Shown in pieces: positions 1-9,534 of a DNA stretch of 64,000 bases. A model generated the notes under the pieces. That model was not told where the DNA came from, ran no database searches, and saw only the letters and a list, made by a program, of their open reading frames with translations. Source of the DNA: Treponema sp. UBA4377 (lineage in GTDB: Bacteria > Spirochaetota > Spirochaetia > Treponematales > Treponemataceae); contig DGRX01000013.1 in NCBI GenBank assembly GCA_002391235.1, forward strand, positions 68,742 to 132,741. Reading direction: 5' to 3'. A program made the position numbers and the translations under genes. Positions within the stretch are counted from its first letter, which is position 1, and the number at the start of each line of letters is the position of its first letter.

Positions 1-775
1 GTACATGGAAGAGCTTGACGCCGGGCGCGAGCTTCCTGACATAAAGGACGTTGAAAAATACGCCCAAAAAATCGTCGAGCTTTGCGAAAAGCTTGAAGGC
101 GACTTTTTGTACGATTCGATTCCGATTTTGCAAATAAGAAACCTTTCGACTTGGGCCCGCATCGGAGCGGCTTCTGGAACAAAGGTCATAATCATAGAAA
201 AGGCCGAGCGAATGCTTGAAGGCGTGCGGAACGCTTTGCTTAAAATTCTGGAGGAGCCGCCGGCCAACAGCTTGTTCATCCTTACGACTTCAAGAAAGAA
301 CGCTGTCATGCCTACGATTTTGTCCCGCTTGCGCCCCTACAATTTTTCTTCCAGGACGCAGGAGCAGGAAAAGGAAATCATTGACCGCGTTTTCCATGAC
401 GGAGCGGTGGCTCTGGGTTCCGGCGGCTCTTTGATACAGCATTACCTGGAAGGCTTTTTGCCCGTCCGCCCGGAAGCGATAGAAAAACGCGCCTTTGAAT
501 TTTTTGACCAAATCTTTGACGGAAAAATTCCGGACATCGCCGACTTGATAAAAAATTGCGGAAAGTTTGAGCCGCGCGTTTTGTTCAAGCTTTTTTTGTC
601 GGCCTTGGAAACGCGGACCCGGTCATTTTTTTCCAGCGCCGCCGGAAGCCAAAAGGCTTTGGAAATTTCAAAGGCCTTGCGCGAGTCCTGGCTTAACGTT
701 TCTACATACAACCAAGGAATCCAGTCCGCCTTGGAAGACTTGCTTTGCGCCCTGGCCAAGGAGCGAAAGAGGTGA
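1..775 (+). CDS. holB: DNA polymerase III subunit delta-prime, C-terminal part (5' end outside window)
   Basis: ORF 5..775; motifs NALLKILEEPP and TILSRLRPY typical of clamp-loader delta-prime. Confidence 0.75.
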   Translation, partial: YMEELDAGRELPDIKDVEKYAQKIVELCEKLEGDFLYDSIPILQIRNLSTWARIGAASGTKVIIIEKAERMLEGVRNALLKILEEPPANSLFILTTSRKNAVMPTILSRLRPYNFSSRTQEQEKEIIDRVFHDGAVALGSGGSLIQHYLEGFLPVRPEAIEKRAFEFFDQIFDGKIPDIADLIKNCGKFEPRVLFKLFLSALETRTRSFFSSAAGSQKALEISKALRESWLNVSTYNQGIQSALEDLLCALAKERKR

Positions 776-1971
776 AAAGTTTTAACAAGAGCGTCGCGCA
801 AAAGCTTTCTAAACTTTCAGACTCCCAGATCCAAGAGCTTTTTTCCTTGATAAGTTCCGAGCGCGACACGCTTTCTTCGATAATCGAATCCCTTTCCTTG
901 GGCCTTGTGATTTTGGACAAGGACTACAAGCTGCTTTTGATAAACAAGGCGGCTGAACGCTGGCTGCCATTGACTATTAGGCCGCTTCCAAAAAACGCGG
1001 CCGACTTTTGCGAGTTTGTCGCCGACAAAAGCGTCGCGGAATTCTTAAAGACTTGCTTTGAGAAGAACAAGACCAACGCGAGCGAGGAGTTTTCCGTCCA
1101 GGCCAGCGACGGCAGGATCCGCTTTATTCAAATAAGCCTTTCGTCTTTGGTAAAAGAAGAAAAGCTTGACGGCTGCATTATGTCCGTGCGCGACATGACC
1201 GAGCAGAGGAACCAAGAAATCCTTTTGCACAGGATGGAAAGCTTGGCTGGCCTTACAAACTTGGCCGCCAGCGTCGCGCACGAAATAAAGAACCCGCTTG
1301 GCGCGATAAGCATTCACATCCAGCTTTTGCAAAAGGCGGTAAAAAAGGCGCGCGAGTCTGACGGCCTCTTGCCCGACCAAAAATTTCTGGAAAAATACAT
1401 CGACGTTGTCAACGACGAAATAGCCAACCTTAATAAAATCGTGATGGACTTTTTGTTCGCGGTTAGGCCGATAAGCGCGACTTTTGAATTGCTGGAGCCG
1501 AATCCGCTTTTAAGAAAGTTCGCCGAATTTTTCGCGCCGGAATTTTCAAGCAAGAACGTTGAGCTAAAGATTGACCTTTGCTCCGACTCGGCCCGCCTTT
1601 TGCTTGACCAAAAGCTTTTGCGCGAAGTGGTCGCCAATTTGGCGCAAAACGCGCTGGCCGCGATTCATGAAAAGTTTGACGGAAAAAAAGGCGGAGTTTT
1701 TGAAATCCATTCCGCCGTCAAGGACAACAAGTTTGTGATTTTGATAAAGGACAACGGCGCCGGCATGAGCGAGCAAACTTTGGCCCGCGTCTTTGAGCCT
1801 TACTACACGACAAAGGCCAGCGGAACCGGCTTGGGCCTTACGATGGTTTACAAAATCGTGAAGGAATTCTCTGGCGACATACAAGTTGAGTCAAAGGAAG
1901 GCGAGGGAAGCGCCTTTATCATAAGCTTGCCCGTTCCGCAAACCGACAAGCGGCTTTTGGAGTCAAAATGA
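772..1971 (+). CDS. PAS-domain sensor histidine kinase (NtrB/AtoS-like)
   Basis: ORF 745..1971; H-box SVAHEIKNPLG, N box NLAQNAL, G boxes DNGAGM and GTGLGL. A GTG at 772 overlaps the holB stop and has AAGGAG 8 nt upstream, so the start could be 745 or 772. Confidence 0.85.
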   Translation: MKSFNKSVAQKLSKLSDSQIQELFSLISSERDTLSSIIESLSLGLVILDKDYKLLLINKAAERWLPLTIRPLPKNAADFCEFVADKSVAEFLKTCFEKNKTNASEEFSVQASDGRIRFIQISLSSLVKEEKLDGCIMSVRDMTEQRNQEILLHRMESLAGLTNLAASVAHEIKNPLGAISIHIQLLQKAVKKARESDGLLPDQKFLEKYIDVVNDEIANLNKIVMDFLFAVRPISATFELLEPNPLLRKFAEFFAPEFSSKNVELKIDLCSDSARLLLDQKLLREVVANLAQNALAAIHEKFDGKKGGVFEIHSAVKDNKFVILIKDNGAGMSEQTLARVFEPYYTTKASGTGLGLTMVYKIVKEFSGDIQVESKEGEGSAFIISLPVPQTDKRLLESK

Positions 1972-3329
1972 AATTCACGATTCTTGTAATTGACGACGAA
2001 AAAAACATTCGCGAAGGCTTGGGCGCCGCCTTTGAGCTTGAAGGCTACGAAGTCAGCTTGGCCGCCAATGGCCAGGAAGGCTTGGACCAAATCGCCAAGG
2101 GCGGCATAGACTTGGTTGTCACCGACCTTCGCATGGACGGAATAAGCGGCGAGGAAGTTTTGCGCCGGGTCACAACCCAAAATCCAGGAATTCCTGTAAT
2201 CGTTTTGACAGGCCACGGAAGCATCGACGCCGCCGTCGACGCGATGAGAAACGGCGCCTACGACTTTTTGACAAAGCCCTTGAACCTTGACCAACTTTTG
2301 ATGATCGCCAAGCGCGCCTTGCAGGGCCGCGAGCTTTCGCTCCAGCACAAGGAGCTGAAAGACCGCGTGGACCAAACAAAGTCGCTTGAGGGAATGATAG
2401 GAAAAAGCGCCGCCATGCAAAAAATCGCCGAGCTCATAAAAAAAGTCGCGCCCTCAAAGGCCAGCGTCTTGATTACCGGAGAAAGCGGCGTCGGAAAGGA
2501 AGTCGTCGCCGACGCGATACACGCCTTGTCCCCCCGCAAGGGCCACGACTGCGTGAAAGTCCATTGCGCCGCCTTGTCGGAAAGCCTTTTGGAGTCGGAG
2601 CTTTTTGGCCACGAAAAGGGCGCTTACACCGGCGCCGACCAAATGGCAAAGGGCCGCTTTGAGCTTGCCCACAATTCCACGATATTCCTTGACGAAATAG
2701 GCGAGATAGACCAAGCGACGCAGGTAAAGCTTTTGCGCGTTTTGCAGGAAAAAAAGTTTGAGCGCGTCGGCGGAAGCCAAACGATAGAGGTTGACGTCCG
2801 CGTCGTCGCCGCGACCAACAAAAACTTGGAGGAGCTGGTCAAGCAGGGGAAATTCCGCGAAGACCTTTTTTACCGCCTCAACGTCGTGCGCATAGAAGTT
2901 CCTCCGCTAAGGGAGCGAAAGGACGACATTCCGCTTTTGATCGCCCACTTCCTAAAAGAGTTTGAGGGCGAGGCCAAGGACTTGGGAAAAGCCATAACGG
3001 GCGTGGACAGCCGCGCCCGCAGCGCCCTTTACAAGTACGACTGGCCCGGAAACATCCGCGAGCTGCGCAATTGCATCGAAAGCGCGGTCGTCATGTGCTC
3101 CGGCGGCGAGATAACGCTTGACGACCTGCCTCCGTCAATCAGCAAGGCGACGTCCGCCGAGAGCATCACGATTCCCGCGGGCTCCACGTTGGAGGAAGCC
3201 GAAAAAATCGTAATCGAGCAAACGCTCGCCGCCAACAAGGGCAACAAGAGCAAGACCGCGGAGCTTTTGGGCATTGGCCGAAAAACCTTGCAGCGAAAGC
3301 TTGGCGAGGCGGATTTTGTTGACCAATGA
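1968..3329 (+). CDS. sigma-54-dependent response regulator (NtrC family)
   Basis: Receiver domain, AAA+ Walker A GESGVGKE, GAYTGA loop, C-terminal Fis-type HTH; ATGA overlap with the kinase gene. Confidence 0.9.
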   Translation: MKFTILVIDDEKNIREGLGAAFELEGYEVSLAANGQEGLDQIAKGGIDLVVTDLRMDGISGEEVLRRVTTQNPGIPVIVLTGHGSIDAAVDAMRNGAYDFLTKPLNLDQLLMIAKRALQGRELSLQHKELKDRVDQTKSLEGMIGKSAAMQKIAELIKKVAPSKASVLITGESGVGKEVVADAIHALSPRKGHDCVKVHCAALSESLLESELFGHEKGAYTGADQMAKGRFELAHNSTIFLDEIGEIDQATQVKLLRVLQEKKFERVGGSQTIEVDVRVVAATNKNLEELVKQGKFREDLFYRLNVVRIEVPPLRERKDDIPLLIAHFLKEFEGEAKDLGKAITGVDSRARSALYKYDWPGNIRELRNCIESAVVMCSGGEITLDDLPPSISKATSAESITIPAGSTLEEAEKIVIEQTLAANKGNKSKTAELLGIGRKTLQRKLGEADFVDQ

Positions 3330-3354
3330 GCCTTCTTCTATTATAATTAATCAT

Positions 3355-4332
3355 ATGAAAAGTCTTGTAAAAACGTTCGCGCTTTTGGCCCTTGTCGCCC
3401 TTAGCGCTAGCTTCTTTTCCTGCAAGTCGATGATCGCCAACAAGTTGGGCGACGCGGCTTCGGGTTCCGACAAAAAGGGCGCGGCAATTCCCAAAAAAGC
3501 CGACGCCCCTGACATGATGATGGCTTTTATGGGCGAAAAGGACCCAAAAATCATCGCGGAAGTCCTTCCGATGATCGTAAAAATGTACGAAATTTTGGCG
3601 CTGCAAAACCCAAGCCATCAAGGCCTTCAAATAATGGCGGGCCAGCTTAACGTGATGTACGGAAACCTTTGCGTCCAAACGCCGGCCGAAAGCCTTCCGA
3701 TAACGGAGCTTGAAAAGCAAGTGGCCGAGTTCAACCGGGCCAAGTACCACTACCTGCGCGGCCGCCAGTACATCCTTGACGTTTTTGAAAGCCGCTGGCC
3801 CGGCTTTGAAAAGGCCTTTTTGTCAAGCGACGCGGAAGCGGTTAAAGCCGCCGTCTCCAACATTACAAAGGACGACGTAAACGCGGCCTATTGGGCGGGC
3901 GGAGCCAGCCTTATCTCTTGGTCGCTTGACCCCTTGGACGTTGACGCGCTTTCTTCCATACAAGGGCCAGTCGCGCTGCTTGAAAAAGCGGCCAGCCTTG
4001 ACCCGAATTATTCAAAAGGCGCCATTTGGGACGCGCTTTGCCAGTTCTACACGGCCGCTCCGATTGACTTTGGCGGAGACTATGAGAGGGGCCTTGAATG
4101 CTACGAAAAGGCCCTCAAGGCTTCCGGCGGAAAGGCGCCCGGCATTTACATAACCTACGCCCAGAGCGTTTGCAAGCCCTCGGGCGATCGTGACGGTTTT
4201 ATAGAAAACTTGAACAAGGCTTTGGCCATCAATCCAGACGACGACCCTTCAAGCCGCCTTATGTGCGTCTTGAACCAGCAAAAGGCCCAGTACCTTTTGG
4301 ACCATGTTGACGATTACTTTGTCGTTTGGTAA
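3355..4332 (+). CDS. tatT: TPR lipoprotein, TatT-like component of a TRAP transporter
   Basis: In-frame Met at 3355 gives a lipoprotein signal (LSASFFSCKS). TPR-like helical protein immediately upstream of the DctP and DctQM genes, the same order as the T. pallidum TatT/TatP(T) system. Confidence 0.65.
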   Translation: MKSLVKTFALLALVALSASFFSCKSMIANKLGDAASGSDKKGAAIPKKADAPDMMMAFMGEKDPKIIAEVLPMIVKMYEILALQNPSHQGLQIMAGQLNVMYGNLCVQTPAESLPITELEKQVAEFNRAKYHYLRGRQYILDVFESRWPGFEKAFLSSDAEAVKAAVSNITKDDVNAAYWAGGASLISWSLDPLDVDALSSIQGPVALLEKAASLDPNYSKGAIWDALCQFYTAAPIDFGGDYERGLECYEKALKASGGKAPGIYITYAQSVCKPSGDRDGFIENLNKALAINPDDDPSSRLMCVLNQQKAQYLLDHVDDYFVVW

Positions 4333-4386
4333 AATATTGTGTTACAAAAATTAAGGAAATCGCTTTTTATTAGTGGAGAATTTGCT

Positions 4387-5421
4387 ATGAAAACTTTTAA
4401 GAAAATCGCGGCCGTCCTTTTGGCGGCTTCTTTGGCGGGAACCCTTTCCGCAAAAACGATCATCAAAGTGGCCTCTGTCGCTCCGGCCCGCTCCTCTTGG
4501 GACGTTGACCAGAGAACGATTTCGGCCGACTGGGCCAGAATCACAGGCGGCGAGGTGGAGCTCCAATTCATGAACTCCGACTCAATGGGCGGCGAGGCCG
4601 GAGTCACAAAAAAGCTTAATTCAGTCCGCCCCGGACAAAAGCCTCCGATTGGCGGAGCGGTTTTCACTTCGCTTGGAATCGACTCTTTTAGCCCGGAAAG
4701 CCACATTATGACCCTTTGCGTTCCGCTCATGTTCCGCAACCAGGAAGAGGTCAACGCCGTCTTGGAGGAATTCACTCCCGAAATGCAAAAGCCCTTGGAA
4801 GCCAAAGGCTACACGGTTTTGGGCTTCTTTAACATCGGCTGGTGCTGCTTCTTTACAAAGAACCCTGTTCACGTTCCCGCAGACCTTAAAAAGCAGCGCC
4901 TTACAGTAGGCGGAAACACGTCTCCCATGTTGGCCAACGCCTTTAAGGCCGCCGGCTACCTTACGATGGACGTTCCGACCGACAAGCTTTTGCAGAGCAT
5001 GAAAAGCCCCGGAGGAGTCGAAGGCGTCTTTACGATTCCGATGTACGGATACGCCGCGCAGTATTACAAGACGCTCACCAACATTCTTAACGTTCCCTTG
5101 TGCCCTGTAATGGTAACCTTCATCATCTCAAAGGCTGAATGGGACGCGATTCCCGACAAGTTCAAGCCGGAGCTTTTGGCCAGCATCAGAAGGGCCGAAA
5201 AGAAATTCATCGAAGCCCAGCAAAAGAACGACCTTGAGTACCTTAAGCGATGCGAGACTGGCGGAGCGACAGTGTACACCCCCAACGCGGCCGAGCTTAA
5301 GGCTTGGAACGACGAGTTCACCGAAAAGGCCCGCTATATGTACGATCCAAAAACTCCTGTGGCCGACAAGGATTTTTACGAAAGAATCACGGCCTTCCTA
5401 AAAAAGTTTAGAGGCAACTAA
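4387..5421 (+). CDS. TRAP transporter substrate-binding protein (DctP family)
   Basis: Start at 4387 with GGAG upstream and a signal peptide; located between the TatT and DctQM genes. Confidence 0.8.
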   Translation: MKTFKKIAAVLLAASLAGTLSAKTIIKVASVAPARSSWDVDQRTISADWARITGGEVELQFMNSDSMGGEAGVTKKLNSVRPGQKPPIGGAVFTSLGIDSFSPESHIMTLCVPLMFRNQEEVNAVLEEFTPEMQKPLEAKGYTVLGFFNIGWCCFFTKNPVHVPADLKKQRLTVGGNTSPMLANAFKAAGYLTMDVPTDKLLQSMKSPGGVEGVFTIPMYGYAAQYYKTLTNILNVPLCPVMVTFIISKAEWDAIPDKFKPELLASIRRAEKKFIEAQQKNDLEYLKRCETGGATVYTPNAAELKAWNDEFTEKARYMYDPKTPVADKDFYERITAFLKKFRGN

Positions 5422-7283
5422 TGCTTAAGAAAATCGAAGACGCGTTTGCGGTCGCGCTTGTGGCGCTTTTGAGCGTCACGGCGCTTGTAATCAAGATCAT
5501 GCAGGACAACTTGCATTTGCAGGTTATGGACGCTGACTCAATCATAGTCAACATAGCCTTTGTCTTTGCCTGCGTGGCCGGCCTTGTCACTTGGCGCGAA
5601 AAGCGGGCCCTGTGCCTTGCCAACGTCACCGAAAAATTTCCGGAAAAGGCAAAAAAGGCCGTAAATGCAATCGTGTCCTTCGCGACGGCGCTCATCATCA
5701 CCCAACTTTTTTTGGCGTCCTTTTTGCAAATCGCCAATCCCGACCAATTCACAAACAAGATCCTTGGCTTGCTCGAAAAGGTTTACTTTGCCTTTTATCC
5801 ATTATGTTTTTTGATGATTCTTGTCCTTATCTTCCAAAACGCGGAAGACAAGCCCCAAAAAATCGCCGCCGGCCTTGGCCTGGCTTTTGGCGTTTTGACT
5901 TCAATGGGAGCGGTGACTGGAATCATTTGGTACTGGACCGGCAATTCCGACTTTCCAAAATTGTACGCAATGGCAGACGCTTGGAACGCCTTTTGCGACA
6001 AAACCCTTTTGCTGTGGGTTTTAATCCTGCTGGCGCTTGCCTTTGCCGGCGTTCCGCTTTTTGTCGTCATCAGCGGAATAACTTATTTGATTTTCTCAAA
6101 GGCCGGCGGCTACATCGACGTAATCCCGATCGAGGCTTACTCAAAGCTTGCCGACAAGTCAATCGCGGCGATTCCGCTTTTTACAATCGCGGGCTACGTT
6201 TTGGCGCAGGGCAGCGCGGGAAAGCGCTTTGTGGAACTCTTCCGCGCCTTGTTCGGCTGGTTCCGCGGCGGAACTGTTGTCGCCGCGGTTTTGGTTTTGA
6301 CATTCTTCTCCACGTTTACAGGAGTTTCCGGCGTGACGATTTTGGCGCTGGGCTCTTTGCTTGCGGTCATTTTGACCGGAAGCGGCTACGACAAGGACAG
6401 GGCCGAAAGCCTTATCACTTCTTGCGGAGCGGTGGGGCTTTTGTTTCCGCCGAGCGTCGCCATCATTATGTACGCCTCCTCAAACTACACTGTAATCACC
6501 CAGTTCGCGCCCGGTTTTGACATCATAACGCTTTTTAAGGCCGCCTTGATTCCCGGCTTTATCATGGCGCTTTCGATGATTGTATTGGGAATCGTTTTTG
6601 ACAACAATAAAGACAGACCTCCATTCTCAATCAAAGCTATTGGAAAATCTTTGCTTGATTGTTTGCCGGAATTGCTTTTGCCTGTCTTGATTTGCGTCAC
6701 GTATTTCACCGGCTTTTTCAATTTGTTCCAAGTGGCTTCTTTTGCGGTGATTTACGCAATCGCCTTGGTCTTCTTGTTCCGCCGCGACTTTACCGCAAAG
6801 AAAACCGCGCGCGTAATCGCCGACAGCGTTCCTGTTTCGGGCGGAATCTTGTTCATCATCGCGGCCGCCGCTGCCCTAAGCTATTGGATGCAAGACGCCA
6901 ACATTCCGGAAAACGTCACTTTCTTTATTTCGACTTACATAAAGAACAAGTACCTTTTCCTTTTCTTGATGAACTTGGCCCTTTTGGTGGTCGGCTGCTT
7001 GATGGACATTTACTCTGCGATTTTGCTTGTTTCGCCCTTGTTCCTTTACTCGGCGGCTTCTTTTGGAATCCCGGTAGTGCAGGCGGGCGTGATTTTCATT
7101 ATGAACTTGAGCATCGGCTTTTTGACGCCGCCGGTTGGAATGGACTTGTTCATTTCTTCCTACACGTTTAAAAAGCCGGTCGGACAAGTGATCAAGGGAG
7201 TTCTTCCTTTCTTGGTCGTTCAATTGCTTGTCTTGCTGCTTGTAACTTACGTCAGCCCGCTCACAACGTGCATCGCAAAATAA
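5421..7283 (+). CDS. TRAP transporter fused small/large permease (DctQM)
   Basis: 620 aa polytopic membrane protein; ATG overlaps the dctP stop. Confidence 0.8.
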   Translation: MLKKIEDAFAVALVALLSVTALVIKIMQDNLHLQVMDADSIIVNIAFVFACVAGLVTWREKRALCLANVTEKFPEKAKKAVNAIVSFATALIITQLFLASFLQIANPDQFTNKILGLLEKVYFAFYPLCFLMILVLIFQNAEDKPQKIAAGLGLAFGVLTSMGAVTGIIWYWTGNSDFPKLYAMADAWNAFCDKTLLLWVLILLALAFAGVPLFVVISGITYLIFSKAGGYIDVIPIEAYSKLADKSIAAIPLFTIAGYVLAQGSAGKRFVELFRALFGWFRGGTVVAAVLVLTFFSTFTGVSGVTILALGSLLAVILTGSGYDKDRAESLITSCGAVGLLFPPSVAIIMYASSNYTVITQFAPGFDIITLFKAALIPGFIMALSMIVLGIVFDNNKDRPPFSIKAIGKSLLDCLPELLLPVLICVTYFTGFFNLFQVASFAVIYAIALVFLFRRDFTAKKTARVIADSVPVSGGILFIIAAAAALSYWMQDANIPENVTFFISTYIKNKYLFLFLMNLALLVVGCLMDIYSAILLVSPLFLYSAASFGIPVVQAGVIFIMNLSIGFLTPPVGMDLFISSYTFKKPVGQVIKGVLPFLVVQLLVLLLVTYVSPLTTCIAK

Positions 7284-8659
7284 AAAAGGCGCGGCGGGCA
7301 ATCCGCCTTGCCGCGCCGGCAGCCTTTCTTTTTTGCGCTCTTTTTTCCTGTTCCTCAAAATCCAAAATTGATTTTCGCGAAAAAAAAACGCGCGAGGCTG
7401 GATTGGACGCGCAAATCGCCGCCCGCGATTTGGAACAAAAAAAATCCGCCGCGCTTGACTCCTACATAAAAAGCTTGTCTTTGAGCGAGCGCCTTGCCCA
7501 GCTTTTTGTAATCAACCTGGAAGGAAACGAGCGCTTTTGCTTTGTCGAATGGATGGACGACGCCCGCGACAATCGGACTCCAGGCCAAAAAGCGCCGCTT
7601 GTTCCCGGCGGCTACATTTTCTTTTCTTTCAACATCGCGCGCGACCCTGAGCGAATCGCCGCCTTTACAGATTCTGTCCGGGACTTTGCGCGCGGCCATG
7701 GAACGGTTGAGCCCTTTTTGTGCCTTGACGCGGAAGGCGGCTACGTAAACCGTTTGCGCGGCGTGGCCGGCCCGCTTCCCGAAAACGAATGGATTTCAAA
7801 AAATCTTTCGCCAAAAGAGGCCTTTTTGCTTTACTCGTTGAACGCAATCCAGCTTAGGGCGCTCGGCTTTGACCTAAACCTTTCGCCTGTTGTCGAAGTT
7901 CAAAACGAGGGCAACCAAGAATTTTTGGACGGCCGCTCTTTTGGAAGCGCCGGTCAAGTAAAAGATTACGGTTCGGCGGCGGTCTTGGCCTATCAAGCGA
8001 ACAAAGTGGCGGCCGTCTTAAAGCATTTTCCTGGCAACAACAGCGTCGACCCTCACAGGGCGCTTCCGCTTTTGTCATTTGAAAAGGAAGAGTTTGAGCG
8101 CGACGTTTTGGATCCCTTTAAGGCGCTTTGCGCGCTAGGTCCTTGCGGAGTTTTGATGAGCCACGCCCTTGTTGACCTTTCGCAGTCCGCCGCGCCTTAT
8201 GGCCAAGACGCTCCGGCAAGCCTTAGCCCGTATTGGATCAAAGAGCTTTTGCGAGGCCGCCTTGCTTTTGACGGGCTTGTCTTTAGCGACGACATTTTTA
8301 TGGCTGCCTTGGAAAAGAACGGCTGGCCAAGCGAGCGCGCGGTAAAGGCCGCTATTCTGGCCGGCGTCAATTGCATCCTTATGAGCGAAAAGCGTTTCAT
8401 CAATGAATGGAAACTTGTAAAAAAACTCTACGATTCAGACGCGGACTTTAGGGCGGCCGCCGACGACTCAATAAAGCGCGTTTTAAAGTTCAAGCTTGAA
8501 CAGGGAATTTTGGAATGGGATTTTGCCGGTGAAAAAATCGTTTCAAAAAAATCGCCGGGCGCTTTGGAAGAGGAGAAAAATCGCGCGGACCGCTTGGCCC
8601 GCTTTAATTCCGCCAAAAGCCTAAACCAGGAGGCTCTAAAAGAATATGGCCAAAGATAA
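7268..8659 (+). CDS. glycoside hydrolase family 3 protein (NagZ-like beta-N-acetylhexosaminidase), lipoprotein
   Basis: KHFPGNNSVDPH motif typical of the GH3 N-terminal domain; lipobox LFSCSS. Confidence 0.7.
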   Translation: MHRKIKKARRAIRLAAPAAFLFCALFSCSSKSKIDFREKKTREAGLDAQIAARDLEQKKSAALDSYIKSLSLSERLAQLFVINLEGNERFCFVEWMDDARDNRTPGQKAPLVPGGYIFFSFNIARDPERIAAFTDSVRDFARGHGTVEPFLCLDAEGGYVNRLRGVAGPLPENEWISKNLSPKEAFLLYSLNAIQLRALGFDLNLSPVVEVQNEGNQEFLDGRSFGSAGQVKDYGSAAVLAYQANKVAAVLKHFPGNNSVDPHRALPLLSFEKEEFERDVLDPFKALCALGPCGVLMSHALVDLSQSAAPYGQDAPASLSPYWIKELLRGRLAFDGLVFSDDIFMAALEKNGWPSERAVKAAILAGVNCILMSEKRFINEWKLVKKLYDSDADFRAAADDSIKRVLKFKLEQGILEWDFAGEKIVSKKSPGALEEEKNRADRLARFNSAKSLNQEALKEYGQR

Positions 8660-9509
8660 AAAGAAAAGCCTCCACGGGGAAGAGGCCTTTGAAGAATATT
8701 ATTCGGCGATTTACGGCGAGCGTTGGCCAACCCTTAAAGCCGCGCTCTTAAAGGAAAGCCAGCCCAAGGCTTTTAAAGCCTTTGACGGCGGCCCCGAATA
8801 TTTTTTGGACTCGGCCAGCGTTTTGGCGGCCTTAAGCCTTCCGTTAAAAAACGCCCAAAAGATTTTGGACATGTGCGCGGCTCCAGGCGGAAAAAGCTTG
8901 GTTCTTGCAAGGCGCATGAACGGCGGCGCAAGCCTTAGATGCAACGAGCGCTCCTTTGACCGCTTTCAGCGCTTGCGAAAAGTTGTCGCCGAACATTTGC
9001 CGCAAGACACGCAAGAGCGCGTGAAAATTTCTTGCGGCGACGGAGCGCTTTTGTGCAAAAAGGAAAGCGTATTGTACGACGCGATTTTGCTTGACGCGCC
9101 TTGCTCGTCCGAGCGCCACGTGCTGAACGACCCTAAGTATTTGGCCGAATGGTCGCCGGCCCGAGTAAAAAGCCTTGCGATGCAGCAATGGGCGCTTTTG
9201 TCTTGCGCCTTTAGGCTTTTGGCTCCGGGCGGCTTTTTGCTTTATTCCACTTGCGCGATAAACCAAAGCGAAAATTCCTCGCTTGCGGGCCGGCTTTTGG
9301 CTAAGTTTCCCGATGCCCGCGCTTTGCCGATTGAGGAGCTTTTGGACAAGCAAAAAGAGGCGGCGGAGGCCGTGAAAGGCTCTTTTGACATGGAAGCCCT
9401 TCCAAAATTCGAGGCGCAGGAGTTGGGGTTTTCGATTTTGCCCGACGTTCAGGACGGAGCGGGGCCCATATATTTTTGCCTTTTTGAAAAAACTATGGAC
9501 AAAATTTAA
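8646..9509 (+). CDS. RsmB/NOP2-family SAM-dependent RNA methyltransferase
   Basis: Motifs DMCAAPGGKS, LDAPCS and YSTCA. Confidence 0.75.
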   Translation: MAKDKKKSLHGEEAFEEYYSAIYGERWPTLKAALLKESQPKAFKAFDGGPEYFLDSASVLAALSLPLKNAQKILDMCAAPGGKSLVLARRMNGGASLRCNERSFDRFQRLRKVVAEHLPQDTQERVKISCGDGALLCKKESVLYDAILLDAPCSSERHVLNDPKYLAEWSPARVKSLAMQQWALLSCAFRLLAPGGFLLYSTCAINQSENSSLAGRLLAKFPDARALPIEELLDKQKEAAEAVKGSFDMEALPKFEAQELGFSILPDVQDGAGPIYFCLFEKTMDKI

Positions 9510-9534
9510 TGAATGTTCTATAATATTAGCGCTT

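Noticed and set aside
3270-3300. Sigma-54 promoter TGGCCGAAAAACCTTGCA upstream of tatT
   Set aside because: The GG-to-GC spacing is 2 nt longer than the TGGCAC-N5-TTGC consensus. The sequence also lies inside the regulator coding region. A TATAAT box nearer tatT is a simpler explanation.
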